A stretch of DNA of 64,000 nucleotides from Bdellovibrionales bacterium (GTDB lineage Bacteria > Bdellovibrionota > UBA1018 > CAIMNF01). The notes below the pieces were generated by a model. It was not told where the DNA came from. It ran no database searches and saw only the letters and a program-made list of their open reading frames with translations. A program made the position numbers and the translations under genes. This document shows positions 20,173 to 29,174 of this stretch, in pieces (positions within the stretch are counted from its first letter, which is position 1; every line of letters starts with the position of its first letter). Location of the stretch: the NCBI GenBank assembly GCA_040380025.1, contig JBEIJY010000003.1, positions 32,001 to 96,000 on the forward strand, read 5' to 3'.

Positions 20173-21786
20173 ATGATTTCTGTCATCGGTTTTGTTCTCG
20201 TTCTGATTCCCCTCGTCGTCGTTCACGAGCTCGGGCATTTTCTGTTCGCAAAACTGTTTCATGTCCGGGCGGACGCGTTTTCGGTGGGGTTTGGCCCGGT
20301 GATTTTCAAGAAGAAATGGGGCGAGACGGAGTTCCGCGTCTCGGCGATTCCGCTCGGGGGCTATGTGAAGCTTCTCGGCGAGGATCCGAGCCAGGAGCTT
20401 TCGGACGAGGACAAAAAGCGCTCGCTCCAGTATCAGGCCCGGTGGAAGCGGTTTTTTGTGTTTTTCGGCGGGCCCCTGTTCAATTTTTTGTGGGCCGCAC
20501 TGGTGTTCATGGTGATGATGGCGATCGGGGAGCCGCATCTTTCGACCGTGGTCGGGCGAGTGCTCAAGGATTCTCCTGCGGCAACGGCGGGCATTCAGGC
20601 CGGCGACCGCATCGTCGCGATCGACGGGCTGAAGGTCCGGAAGCTCGAAGAATTCATGAATGCGCTCTCTGAAAAACCCGAAATCCGGGTTTCGCTCGAA
20701 ATCGAGCGCGGAGCCGGAACGGTGACGATTCCGGTCACGACCGGTGCCGAAGAGGGGTTCTCGGTTTACGGAGAATCCCGCATGGTCGGCATTCTGGACG
20801 GGATCGTCCCGAGCGCGCGGATGACCAAAGTGGCCATCTCGGACCCCGAGTCGCGTGCCGCGAAGGCGGGACTCCGTTCGGGCGATGAAATCGTGGCCGT
20901 TCAAGGTCGGCCTGTCGAAACTTTCGAGCAGTTCGAGACCACGTATGCCGCATTGTCGGGAAGCGCCCTCGATCTTCGGGTCCGATCGGCCGATTCGGAA
21001 CGGGAGGTCCGCATCGAAGGAACCTTGGCCGGGAATCCCGCCAAGGACTTCGGCATTCATTCCTCGGAGCTCTTCGTCGAGCAGACTGTGCCGGGTTCTC
21101 CCGCCGAGAAGGCCGGAATTCAAAAAGGCGATCAGCTGCTTGCCGTGAACGGTTCTCCGATCGGGAGTTTTTTTGAGCTTCGAAGAAAGATCCAGAAGTC
21201 GGGCGAGGATCACGGCAAGGTATCGGTGACGGTCATGCGTGCGGGCAAAACGACGGATTTCGACCTCGTGCCGAGCGAGTCGACCGAGCGCGATCCCCTG
21301 CTGAAGAAAATGAAGCAGTTCACGATCGGCATCATGCCGGTTCCCTCGATGATCGAGCCCGTGATGGTGACCGAGAGAACCTGGAATCCCTTCGTGCTCG
21401 TGTACCGCGGCTTCGAGCGCATGATCGAGATGAGTGCACGGAATCTCATTTCGATCGGCAAGATGGTGACGGGGCAGGTCTCGGTGAAGTCGCTCGGCGG
21501 GCCCATCCTGATCGGCAAGCTCGCCGGCGATTCGATCTCGCGCGGTCTGATGGACTTCCTGCGGATGATGGCGATTCTCTCGATCGGTCTTGGCGTTTTG
21601 AACATCCTTCCGATTCCCGTGCTCGACGGAGGCCACATTGTGCTTCTCGGAATCGAGGCGATTCGCGGACGCTCCCTCTCGCTCAAGCAAATCGAGGTGG
21701 TGCAGACCGTGGGTCTTGCGGTGATCCTCTTCATCATGGTGATCGTCATGAAGAACGATATCTCGCGACTCCCGGTGTTCAACTGA
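20173..21786 (+). CDS. rseP: RIP metalloprotease RseP with several PDZ domains
   Basis: HELGH, IPLGGYVK and NILPIPVLDGG; three PDZ-like SPA/SRA..AG..GD segments. Confidence 0.96.
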   Translation: MISVIGFVLVLIPLVVVHELGHFLFAKLFHVRADAFSVGFGPVIFKKKWGETEFRVSAIPLGGYVKLLGEDPSQELSDEDKKRSLQYQARWKRFFVFFGGPLFNFLWAALVFMVMMAIGEPHLSTVVGRVLKDSPAATAGIQAGDRIVAIDGLKVRKLEEFMNALSEKPEIRVSLEIERGAGTVTIPVTTGAEEGFSVYGESRMVGILDGIVPSARMTKVAISDPESRAAKAGLRSGDEIVAVQGRPVETFEQFETTYAALSGSALDLRVRSADSEREVRIEGTLAGNPAKDFGIHSSELFVEQTVPGSPAEKAGIQKGDQLLAVNGSPIGSFFELRRKIQKSGEDHGKVSVTVMRAGKTTDFDLVPSESTERDPLLKKMKQFTIGIMPVPSMIEPVMVTERTWNPFVLVYRGFERMIEMSARNLISIGKMVTGQVSVKSLGGPILIGKLAGDSISRGLMDFLRMMAILSIGLGVLNILPIPVLDGGHIVLLGIEAIRGRSLSLKQIEVVQTVGLAVILFIMVIVMKNDISRLPVFN

Positions 21787-21787
21787 G

Positions 21788-22639
21788 ATGTCGCCCGATC
21801 CGGTCAAAAAATATCTCGCCTGGGACACCTCCTCGCTCGTCGGAATGATCGCCGCGTTCGAGATTTCGCAAGGGGTATGCCGCAAGGTATGTGCGTTCAC
21901 CCTGAGCCTCGAGACCTCCCGCCATTCCGAGCGTCTGCTCTGGAGCATTCATCAGGTGCTCGAGGCGGCAGGCTGGAAGCTCGCGGATCTTTCGGGAATT
22001 GCCGTGGGAACCGGCCCCGGTTCCTTCACCGGGCTCCGGATCGGACTCACGACCGCGCGGATTCTGGCCGGGGTGGTCCGCATTCCCCTGATTCCGCTCT
22101 CGAGTCTCGCCCTGCTCGCCCGCGGGGTTCTTCCTGCCTTGGAGCTTTTGCCGAAATCCGAAAAAATCCTCGTGATCGCTTGTACCGACGCCACGAAGGG
22201 CGAATGGTTCACGTGGATGGGAAGCTCGCGCATGATCCGCGATTGCATCGCCATGGCCGAAGGAGATCATGCCGGGATCTGGGGGCGGGGAGTGATCGAA
22301 GCCGTGTTCACTCCCGATGCCCTGATCGAAGAAATCGCGAAGCGGCTGAAGAAGGATCCCGATCTTCGCTGGCTCGCGGTGGGGCAGTCGGTGGCCCGGT
22401 ATCCGGAGATCTGGAAGGGACTTCCGAAGCAGTCACGAATCTGTCTTTCGGCGACGGATTTCAATCGGATCCACGAAGACGCGTTGATTCGTATGGCGTC
22501 CGAGGCGATCGCGCAGGGCCTCGAACGACAGGCGGATCACGTGAAACCCCGTTATCTTCGCGCATCCGAAGCCGAGGTGAAGTTGAGCAAGGGGCTGTTG
22601 AAGACGAGCCCGGTTCATCCCCGCGGAGGCACGGGTTGA
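21788..22639 (+). CDS. tsaB: tRNA threonylcarbamoyladenosine biosynthesis protein TsaB
   Basis: LAWDTS, HSERL, GPGSFTGLRIG and PRYLR. Confidence 0.93.
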   Translation: MSPDPVKKYLAWDTSSLVGMIAAFEISQGVCRKVCAFTLSLETSRHSERLLWSIHQVLEAAGWKLADLSGIAVGTGPGSFTGLRIGLTTARILAGVVRIPLIPLSSLALLARGVLPALELLPKSEKILVIACTDATKGEWFTWMGSSRMIRDCIAMAEGDHAGIWGRGVIEAVFTPDALIEEIAKRLKKDPDLRWLAVGQSVARYPEIWKGLPKQSRICLSATDFNRIHEDALIRMASEAIAQGLERQADHVKPRYLRASEAEVKLSKGLLKTSPVHPRGGTG

Positions 22640-22700
22640 TCACGCGACGGGCCGATTCTTTTGCCCGATTTTTGAATTCTGATATCATGAAAGGCAGGCC

Positions 22701-23453
22701 ATGAGGAAAATCTACATCCTTCCGAATCTGGTGACGACGGCGAATCTTGCGTGCGGGATTCTCTCGATGATCCATTCCATTCGCGGAGACTTCACCAAAG
22801 CGGCCTGGTTTGTCATCATCGGCGCGATCTGCGATTCGCTCGACGGCAGGATCGCCCGCTTCGCGCGCGCGACCTCGGCCTTCGGGGTCCAGTACGATTC
22901 CCTCTCGGATCTGACTTCTTTCGGAATCGCTCCGGCGATCCTGCTCTATGCCTACGGACTTCGCGGAATCGAGATCGGCGTGAGTGCGGTCGTGCTCTAC
23001 GCGATCTGCGCCGCACTCCGGCTCGCCCGCTTCAATGTGAGCGCCGAGGAGAAAGATCCCTCCAAACTCCGAAAAATCAGAAAAGGCTATTTTCAGGGTC
23101 TTCCGTCGCCGGCATCGGCGGGGCTGATCGTGACCGCCATTCTGGTCCAGATTGAATTCTCTTTGCTTCCTCCCGGAATGATCGATACGGCGACCTTGTG
23201 CCTGGCCCTCGGGCTCGGCGTGCTCATGGTGAGCAATGTCCCGTTTCCCTCGTTCAAGGAGGTCAACTGGAGATCCAAAGGAAAAGCATGGATTTTGCTG
23301 ATCCCCGTGATCTTCGTCTTGTGTGTGATGCAGGCCCCCGAGCTGACGTTGTTCCTCTCGGGGTACTTGTATCTCACTCTCGGCCTCGGATGGGCCGCTT
23401 ATCTCTGTTGGTTCAAGGATCGAAACAAAGGAGAAACGCTTGTGCCGGAATGA
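22701..23453 (+). CDS. pssA: CDP-diacylglycerol--serine O-phosphatidyltransferase
   Basis: DGRIAR...FG..YDSLSD motif, RLARFN and FQGLPSP. Confidence 0.93.
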   Translation: MRKIYILPNLVTTANLACGILSMIHSIRGDFTKAAWFVIIGAICDSLDGRIARFARATSAFGVQYDSLSDLTSFGIAPAILLYAYGLRGIEIGVSAVVLYAICAALRLARFNVSAEEKDPSKLRKIRKGYFQGLPSPASAGLIVTAILVQIEFSLLPPGMIDTATLCLALGLGVLMVSNVPFPSFKEVNWRSKGKAWILLIPVIFVLCVMQAPELTLFLSGYLYLTLGLGWAAYLCWFKDRNKGETLVPE

Positions 23454-25674
23454 AACGAAGGTCCGACCACTTTTGATTTTCATCTTCCTCCCGCTTCTCG
23501 TCCCCGGATGGGTTCGTGCGGGCGTGCTGGTCAATGCACCGCCACCGCACGATCAGCACCAAATGGGCGAAGCCAGCTACACGATCCATCAGGGCGGGAA
23601 CAATACCGGGGTCCCCGCACAGACCGGAACCTTCAATTCCACTCTGGGCTATCGATTCATCAACACGACCCTGAACACCGTCGAGAACCTGATCTGGCTC
23701 GATGTGAGCACGGACGACACCATCCAGGTGGATGCCGGAAAAAAACTCGTGGTGACCCTCTCGACCGGCACCAGTCCCGGTACCGAGATTCCGCTGACCG
23801 GTGCGGGACAGCCCGCGGCACCTAATGCTCCTCCTCCGGCATGCAACTTCGGGACGGTCACCTGTCAGGGGGGAGCGGGCGGAACGCTCTCTGCGATTTA
23901 CCAGCGGGGCTCGGTTCTCAGGGTTTCGTTTTCGGTGCAGGCCCTCTGCGGAGCGGGCGCCACGGGAACGCTCTGCTCGGCAGGTGTCCCCGCGAACTTC
24001 GGGTCGGGGGCGACCCTCTCCCAGTCCATCACGGTGAGCTTCAGTGCCGTGAATGATGGAACCACCGGGACTCTGGGCGGAACGAATTCGGGGACGTTCA
24101 CTCTTGCCGTTTCTGACATCCCTCCGGTGATTTCCTGCCCCGGAAGCGGAAACGTGGTCGATTATTACTTTCCGGGCGACGGCATGGTCTTTTTGGATCC
24201 GTCCCGGTACGGGCTGACCGCGGGTTCCTCGGGGAGTTATGCGGGCTTCGATGTGAAGTCGGTTGTGGTTCTCGCGAATCGTGGCTCTGTGAACGGGTTC
24301 ACCGGCAACTTCGTGCCTGCGAACGAGGTGATCGCCTATGCAAAGGTGAACGGGGGGACCCAGGCGATTCCGGGCTTCGTGAACACCACCAATGGTACGG
24401 ACAACAAGTACCAGGTGAAGCTCTACGCGCAGAACCTTGCCGGAATCGTTTCGCCGCTCGCCTGTGAGGTGACCCATCCGGATTTTCAGTTCCAGTCCCA
24501 GCCCATTCAGGGGGTCTTGAACGAGAGCAAGTGCTTCATCGCGACCGCCGCCTATCAGGACGGACGGGCCGCACCGGTGATGATGCTCCGGCGATTCCGG
24601 GACACGATCCTTGCCAAGCGGGAATGGGGCAGGCGCTTCATCGAAACCTACTACCGGCATTCCCCCGCTTGGGCGGAGTGGGCTTGGGACAAACCGCTGA
24701 TTCGCTCTCTCGCTTTGCGCTTGCTTGCGCCGATCGAGCTTGCGGCCTGGCTCATTCTGAAGGCCTCGCAGGCCGAAGAGGTTTCCCCCCAGCCCTACAT
24801 CGACAGCCTGAAGCAGGAGCTTGGGCTGTCCGGGCCCGCAGTGGCAGAAAGCTATATCGAGAGCGAGAAAGCCAAACTCGAAATCCCCGCTTCGAGCGGG
24901 GATCCAGAGGAATACATCAACCGGCTGAAGGGCGAGATCGGCCCCGGTGACTCGGGAGCCGGATACGCCGAGAGCGAACGGGTGAAATTACCCGAGCAGA
25001 AATCCGGACCGGGACCCATCGAGATGGTCTTGCGGGGCGAGGACCGTCTTCCCGAGCCCGAGAGGCCTGCGATCCATTCTGCTTTGGGGTTCATGGTCGG
25101 AGTCGCCCCCGGCATTGAGGTCACGAATACCGGAGGAGCCTTGCAGTATAGCGACGTATACGGAGGAAAGTGGCAGCCTGAGCTTTTGGTCCATTACGAA
25201 CGGCAACTCTTCCATTCCGAGACATTGGGGAGCTTCGGTCTGGGCGTCGACGGAGGGCTCTCGTTCGCGGACGGGTACGGAAGACTGACTTACCAGTTCA
25301 ATGGCTCCACCGTGTCGCAGACGAAGTTCACGTTTTATCAGTTTCCGGTGCTGTTCTCGGCCTATTACCGCTTCAATTTTTTGAAATTCATCAGACCCTA
25401 CGCCGGCGGAAGCCTCGGTTCGATTTTTTACATCGAAGATCGGAATGACGATGTCGACACGAAACGGGGTTACAATTTCGTGTACGCGGCTCATGCCGGC
25501 GTGAGCATTCTCCTCGATTTCTTCGATTCTCGCACCGCACGCGACGGGTACCTTTCTTCGGGCATCCAGCATTCCTACCTGTTCGCCGAATACCTGTACC
25601 TCGACAGCTTCAATCAAAGCGGCCTCGTTCTGAGCCGTTCCGGGATTTACACCGGATTTCTTTTCGAGATCTGA
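23440..25674 (+). CDS. Exported protein with an internal CFI-box-CTERM domain and a C-terminal outer-membrane beta-barrel
   Basis: TTG start with AAGGAG upstream; signal peptide; G/T/S-rich beta region; CFIATAAY...LRRFRD...FIETYYRHSP; barrel strands ending GFLFEI. Confidence 0.75.
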   Translation: MCRNETKVRPLLIFIFLPLLVPGWVRAGVLVNAPPPHDQHQMGEASYTIHQGGNNTGVPAQTGTFNSTLGYRFINTTLNTVENLIWLDVSTDDTIQVDAGKKLVVTLSTGTSPGTEIPLTGAGQPAAPNAPPPACNFGTVTCQGGAGGTLSAIYQRGSVLRVSFSVQALCGAGATGTLCSAGVPANFGSGATLSQSITVSFSAVNDGTTGTLGGTNSGTFTLAVSDIPPVISCPGSGNVVDYYFPGDGMVFLDPSRYGLTAGSSGSYAGFDVKSVVVLANRGSVNGFTGNFVPANEVIAYAKVNGGTQAIPGFVNTTNGTDNKYQVKLYAQNLAGIVSPLACEVTHPDFQFQSQPIQGVLNESKCFIATAAYQDGRAAPVMMLRRFRDTILAKREWGRRFIETYYRHSPAWAEWAWDKPLIRSLALRLLAPIELAAWLILKASQAEEVSPQPYIDSLKQELGLSGPAVAESYIESEKAKLEIPASSGDPEEYINRLKGEIGPGDSGAGYAESERVKLPEQKSGPGPIEMVLRGEDRLPEPERPAIHSALGFMVGVAPGIEVTNTGGALQYSDVYGGKWQPELLVHYERQLFHSETLGSFGLGVDGGLSFADGYGRLTYQFNGSTVSQTKFTFYQFPVLFSAYYRFNFLKFIRPYAGGSLGSIFYIEDRNDDVDTKRGYNFVYAAHAGVSILLDFFDSRTARDGYLSSGIQHSYLFAEYLYLDSFNQSGLVLSRSGIYTGFLFEI

Positions 25675-25675
25675 G

Positions 25676-26554
25676 ATGAAAGTCGCTCTTCGAATCGCTT
25701 ACCTCGGAAAAAACTACTGCGGCTGGCAACGCCAGAGCCGCGAGGTCCTTCCGGCGCGCCTGCCGAGCATCCAGGAGACCATCGAGGGCGCGCTCTCCCG
25801 CATTCATGACTCCCGGATCACCATCGTCGGAAGCGGCCGGACGGACGCCGGCGTGAATGCGCTCGGACAGATCGCGCACTTCTTCTCGCCGAATCCGAAA
25901 TTCACCCCGAGGATTCTCATGAACGGACTGAACTCGCTTCTTCCGCAGGACATTCGCGTGCTGGAGGCATTCCGGGTGGAGGACTCCTTTCATGCCCAGC
26001 GTTCGGCCGTGAAGAAGCAATACAGTTATTACTTCCAGCAGGGGCCTGCGCCGCTCCCCCAGTGGATGGACACTTCTTGGTGGATCCGTCGCACCCTCGA
26101 TGTGGCCGCGATGGACGAGGCGGTGAGGATCCTCCTCGGAGAGCAGGATTTCGCGAGCTTTCAGGCATCGGGGGGGAATCCCGGAAAATCCACCGTGCGG
26201 ACGATTCTCGAAGCCGGAGTTTCTCTTGTTCCGATGCCGGAGTTTCCGGGGGCGGATCTCAACGAGCGGGGTTTCGGAATGGTGCGGGTGCGGCTCGTGG
26301 GCACCGGTTTTTTGAAGCAGATGGTAAGGGGAATTGCAGGAACGCTTCTTCAGATCGGCGAGGCTCAACGAAAAGCATCTGAGATGCGCACAGTCCTCGA
26401 ATCGCGAAGGCGCGAGCTGGTGGGGCCCACTGCCCCTGCAAAAGGGCTGACTTTGGAGCGGGTTTGGTATATACCTGACCTTTATGGAAATTCAGATCAA
26501 GTTAGAGAATGTATCGGCGATCCAGAAGAAATTCATCGTCACGATCCCCGCTGA
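25676..26554 (+). CDS. truA: tRNA pseudouridine(38-40) synthase
   Basis: GWQRQ, GSGRTDAGVNA, FLKQMVR and TAPAKGL. Confidence 0.96.
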   Translation: MKVALRIAYLGKNYCGWQRQSREVLPARLPSIQETIEGALSRIHDSRITIVGSGRTDAGVNALGQIAHFFSPNPKFTPRILMNGLNSLLPQDIRVLEAFRVEDSFHAQRSAVKKQYSYYFQQGPAPLPQWMDTSWWIRRTLDVAAMDEAVRILLGEQDFASFQASGGNPGKSTVRTILEAGVSLVPMPEFPGADLNERGFGMVRVRLVGTGFLKQMVRGIAGTLLQIGEAQRKASEMRTVLESRRRELVGPTAPAKGLTLERVWYIPDLYGNSDQVRECIGDPEEIHRHDPR

Positions 26555-27815
26555 AAAAGTTTCGAAAACCGTCGAAAAGAAGTTCCTCGAGACCCAAAAG
26601 GTCGCGAGTCTGAAGGGCTTTCGCCCCGGCAAGGTGCCTCTTGCGATGGTGAAGCAGTTTTATGCCGCAGACGTGAAGCAAAAGGCGCTCCAGACGCTCA
26701 TCAGCGAATCGTATTCGGAAGCAGTCCGCCAGCATCCGCTTCGCATTGTGGGCGATCCCCAGATCGAGGGCGTTCCCCACGGCCATGACCACGAAGAAGG
26801 CCACGAGCACCACCACATTCACATCCACGAAGGCGAGGCGCTTTCGTTCGCCGCGACCGTCGAAATCGTGCCCGAGATCGAACCGAAAGAGTACAAAGGG
26901 CTTTCGCTTCAGAAGGTTTCCGGAGACGTCACCGATGAAGACGTGGCCGGTGTCCGAAAAAGCCTTCTCGACCGCAAGGCCGAGCTGACTCCCGTCGATC
27001 GCGCCGCCGCAATCGGCGACCAGGTGGACTTCAAATACGAAGGACGCGTGAAGACCGAAAACGGCTGGGAGTTGAGTCCTGACCTGAGCGGTGATCGTTC
27101 GGCCGAGCTCGGATCGGGCCAGCTTCTTCCGGAGTTCGAAAAAGGAATCGTGGGTGTGAAGGCCGGCGGAACCAAGACCTTCACCATGACCTATGCCAAA
27201 GATTACCGCGAACAGAACCTCGCCGGAAAAGAAGCCGAGTACACGGTGGATGTCCGCGAAGTGAAAGAAAAACGTCTTCCCGAGTGGAATGAAGAGTACG
27301 CAAAAGAGTTCGGCTACGAGAGCATCGCGGACTTCGAAAAGAAAGCACGCGAGCGCCTCGCAAAAACCAAGCGCGAAGAAGCCGAAAACACCCTCCGCAA
27401 CGGAATGATCACCAAGCTGATCGAAAAGAACCCGTTCGAGGTGCCGCAAGCGCTGGTGTACAGCCAGATCCGTGCGCTCGCCGACGACTACTCGAACGAG
27501 CTCAAGCGCTACGGGTTCAACGAGCAGATGATCCAGTCCGCGGTGGTCAGCCAGCTCGAGGATTTCCGCAAGCGCGCCGAGACCCAGGTTCGCGCGGGTA
27601 TTCTGCTCGATGCGATCGCGAAAAAAGAAAAGATCGAGCCGAAGGCCGCCGATTATGAGGCCGAACTCGCCCGGATGGCCGGCAATTTCGGGGTCGAAGT
27701 GAAGGTCCTGCAGGACCGGTTCGAATCGAGCCCGCGCGAGAAGGCGAACTTCGAGTTCCGCGTGCGCGAAGAAATGACCATTCGCTTGATCCTCGACAGC
27801 GCCAAGATCAAATAA
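26484..27815 (+). CDS. tig: Trigger factor
   Basis: GFRPGKVP ribosome-binding loop, FKBP-like domain and C-terminal helical domain. Confidence 0.96.
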   Translation: MEIQIKLENVSAIQKKFIVTIPAEKVSKTVEKKFLETQKVASLKGFRPGKVPLAMVKQFYAADVKQKALQTLISESYSEAVRQHPLRIVGDPQIEGVPHGHDHEEGHEHHHIHIHEGEALSFAATVEIVPEIEPKEYKGLSLQKVSGDVTDEDVAGVRKSLLDRKAELTPVDRAAAIGDQVDFKYEGRVKTENGWELSPDLSGDRSAELGSGQLLPEFEKGIVGVKAGGTKTFTMTYAKDYREQNLAGKEAEYTVDVREVKEKRLPEWNEEYAKEFGYESIADFEKKARERLAKTKREEAENTLRNGMITKLIEKNPFEVPQALVYSQIRALADDYSNELKRYGFNEQMIQSAVVSQLEDFRKRAETQVRAGILLDAIAKKEKIEPKAADYEAELARMAGNFGVEVKVLQDRFESSPREKANFEFRVREEMTIRLILDSAKIK

Positions 27816-27918
27816 GGCCGGATTCGGCGGTTCCCACCAGAATCTGACAATCCGATCATTCAATTTCATTGATCCCCCCTGACTCCTTGTGGCAGAACAA
27901 GGGCGGGGGGGACCTTGA

Positions 27919-29100
27919 ATGCTCCGACCGATTGCCGCCAGATTCGGAATTTTCATTTTTTCATTCGTCTTCCTGATTGGCCCGGCAAGGGCCGATGCGG
28001 AGCTCGATCGCTTGTACGAGAATGCCAGCGGAGCCCCCCAACTCGCGATGATCGAGCAGGCGAAGACCTCGATCGACATCGAGATTTACTCAATGAAGGA
28101 CTCGTCCGTGTTCCAGGCGCTCACGCGCGCGCTCGATCGCGGCATCACCCTCAGGATCGTCCAGGAACCGAGACCGGTCGCCGACCCGTGCCGGGTGTTT
28201 GATCCGCCGACCCAGGCCGACGAGCCGAAATGCCGTGAACAGAAGAACTTCGTCGGGCTGGTCCGCTCGAAGGGCGGTCGCTATGAGCCTTTCGAAAAGG
28301 CCCTGTGCGGTCCGGGGGACGGTAGCGGAATGTGCTATCAGCACGGCAAGATTCTGATCGTCGATGCGAATCTGGTGGCGATCAGTACGGGCAATTTCGA
28401 TGCCTCGAGCTTTTGCCATCGCGAGCAGGGGCCATCGAAGTGCAATCGCGACTACACGGTCGTCTCGCGCGATCCCAAGGTGGTGCGCGCGATCCGGTCG
28501 GTGTTCGAGGCGGATCTGGCAAAAAAAACCACCGATATTCCCTCGATTCTCGCATCTGCGCCCAGGGTCACCGTGAGTCCGCATTCTCTTGCCCCGATTC
28601 TTTCGTTTTTGAACTCCGCAAAAAAGACGATCCAAATCCAAAATCAGTACCTGAAGAATCCCGATGTCAATGCTGCCTTGATCCGCGCCGCCCAGCGAGG
28701 GGTGAGGGTGTTCGTGATGGTGGTGAGTGCCTGTTTCTTCGGTAGGCCTGATCAGAACGCCGTGGAGCACTGGACCCGCATCTATACCGCATTCGATGCC
28801 GCGGGAATCCAGACGCGCGTGTTCAACTCGAGCATCCAGATCGGCGGGCTTCCCGGCTACTTGCATGCCAAGGCGATTCTGATCGACAGCGCCCGCGCCT
28901 GGGTGGGCTCGGTGAACGGCTCGACAACAAGCCTTGCCGCGAACCGCGAATACGGGATTTTTTCGGACGAGCCCGCGGTGGTGCGGGATCTGGGATCGTT
29001 GATGTACACCGACTATGTGGCGCCCGGCGCGGGCACCTGGCGCGAGAGCCTGCAGTGCAGGCCGGATCACTCCGCATCGAGACTTCCGGAAGAGCCCTGA
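27919..29100 (+). CDS. Secreted phospholipase D family protein
   Basis: Two HKD motifs (HGKILIVD and HAKAILID..GSVN); signal peptide. Confidence 0.9.
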   Translation: MLRPIAARFGIFIFSFVFLIGPARADAELDRLYENASGAPQLAMIEQAKTSIDIEIYSMKDSSVFQALTRALDRGITLRIVQEPRPVADPCRVFDPPTQADEPKCREQKNFVGLVRSKGGRYEPFEKALCGPGDGSGMCYQHGKILIVDANLVAISTGNFDASSFCHREQGPSKCNRDYTVVSRDPKVVRAIRSVFEADLAKKTTDIPSILASAPRVTVSPHSLAPILSFLNSAKKTIQIQNQYLKNPDVNAALIRAAQRGVRVFVMVVSACFFGRPDQNAVEHWTRIYTAFDAAGIQTRVFNSSIQIGGLPGYLHAKAILIDSARAWVGSVNGSTTSLAANREYGIFSDEPAVVRDLGSLMYTDYVAPGAGTWRESLQCRPDHSASRLPEEP

Positions 29101-29111
29101 GGGCCGGTCTC

Positions 29112-29153
29112 AAAACAAAACCGCGCCCCTGGCAGCTTGCCGGGAGCGCGGTT
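29112..29153 (-). terminator. Terminator after parB, between convergent genes
   Basis: Hairpin AACCGCGC-C-CCTGGCA-gct-TGCCGGG-A-GCGCGGTT with a T-rich tail on the minus strand. Confidence 0.65.
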
Positions 29154-29174
29154 CGGGTTGAGTAATCTCTCGCG

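Noticed and set aside
15400..21948. Long antisense ORFs (15400-16602, 15905-17929, 17895-19163, 20104-21948)
   Set aside because: Shadows of well-conserved genes in GC-rich DNA, with no recognisable motifs.
27816..27915. Two hairpins after tig as a riboswitch or ncRNA
   Set aside because: No recognisable aptamer motif; more simply terminator or stability hairpins.
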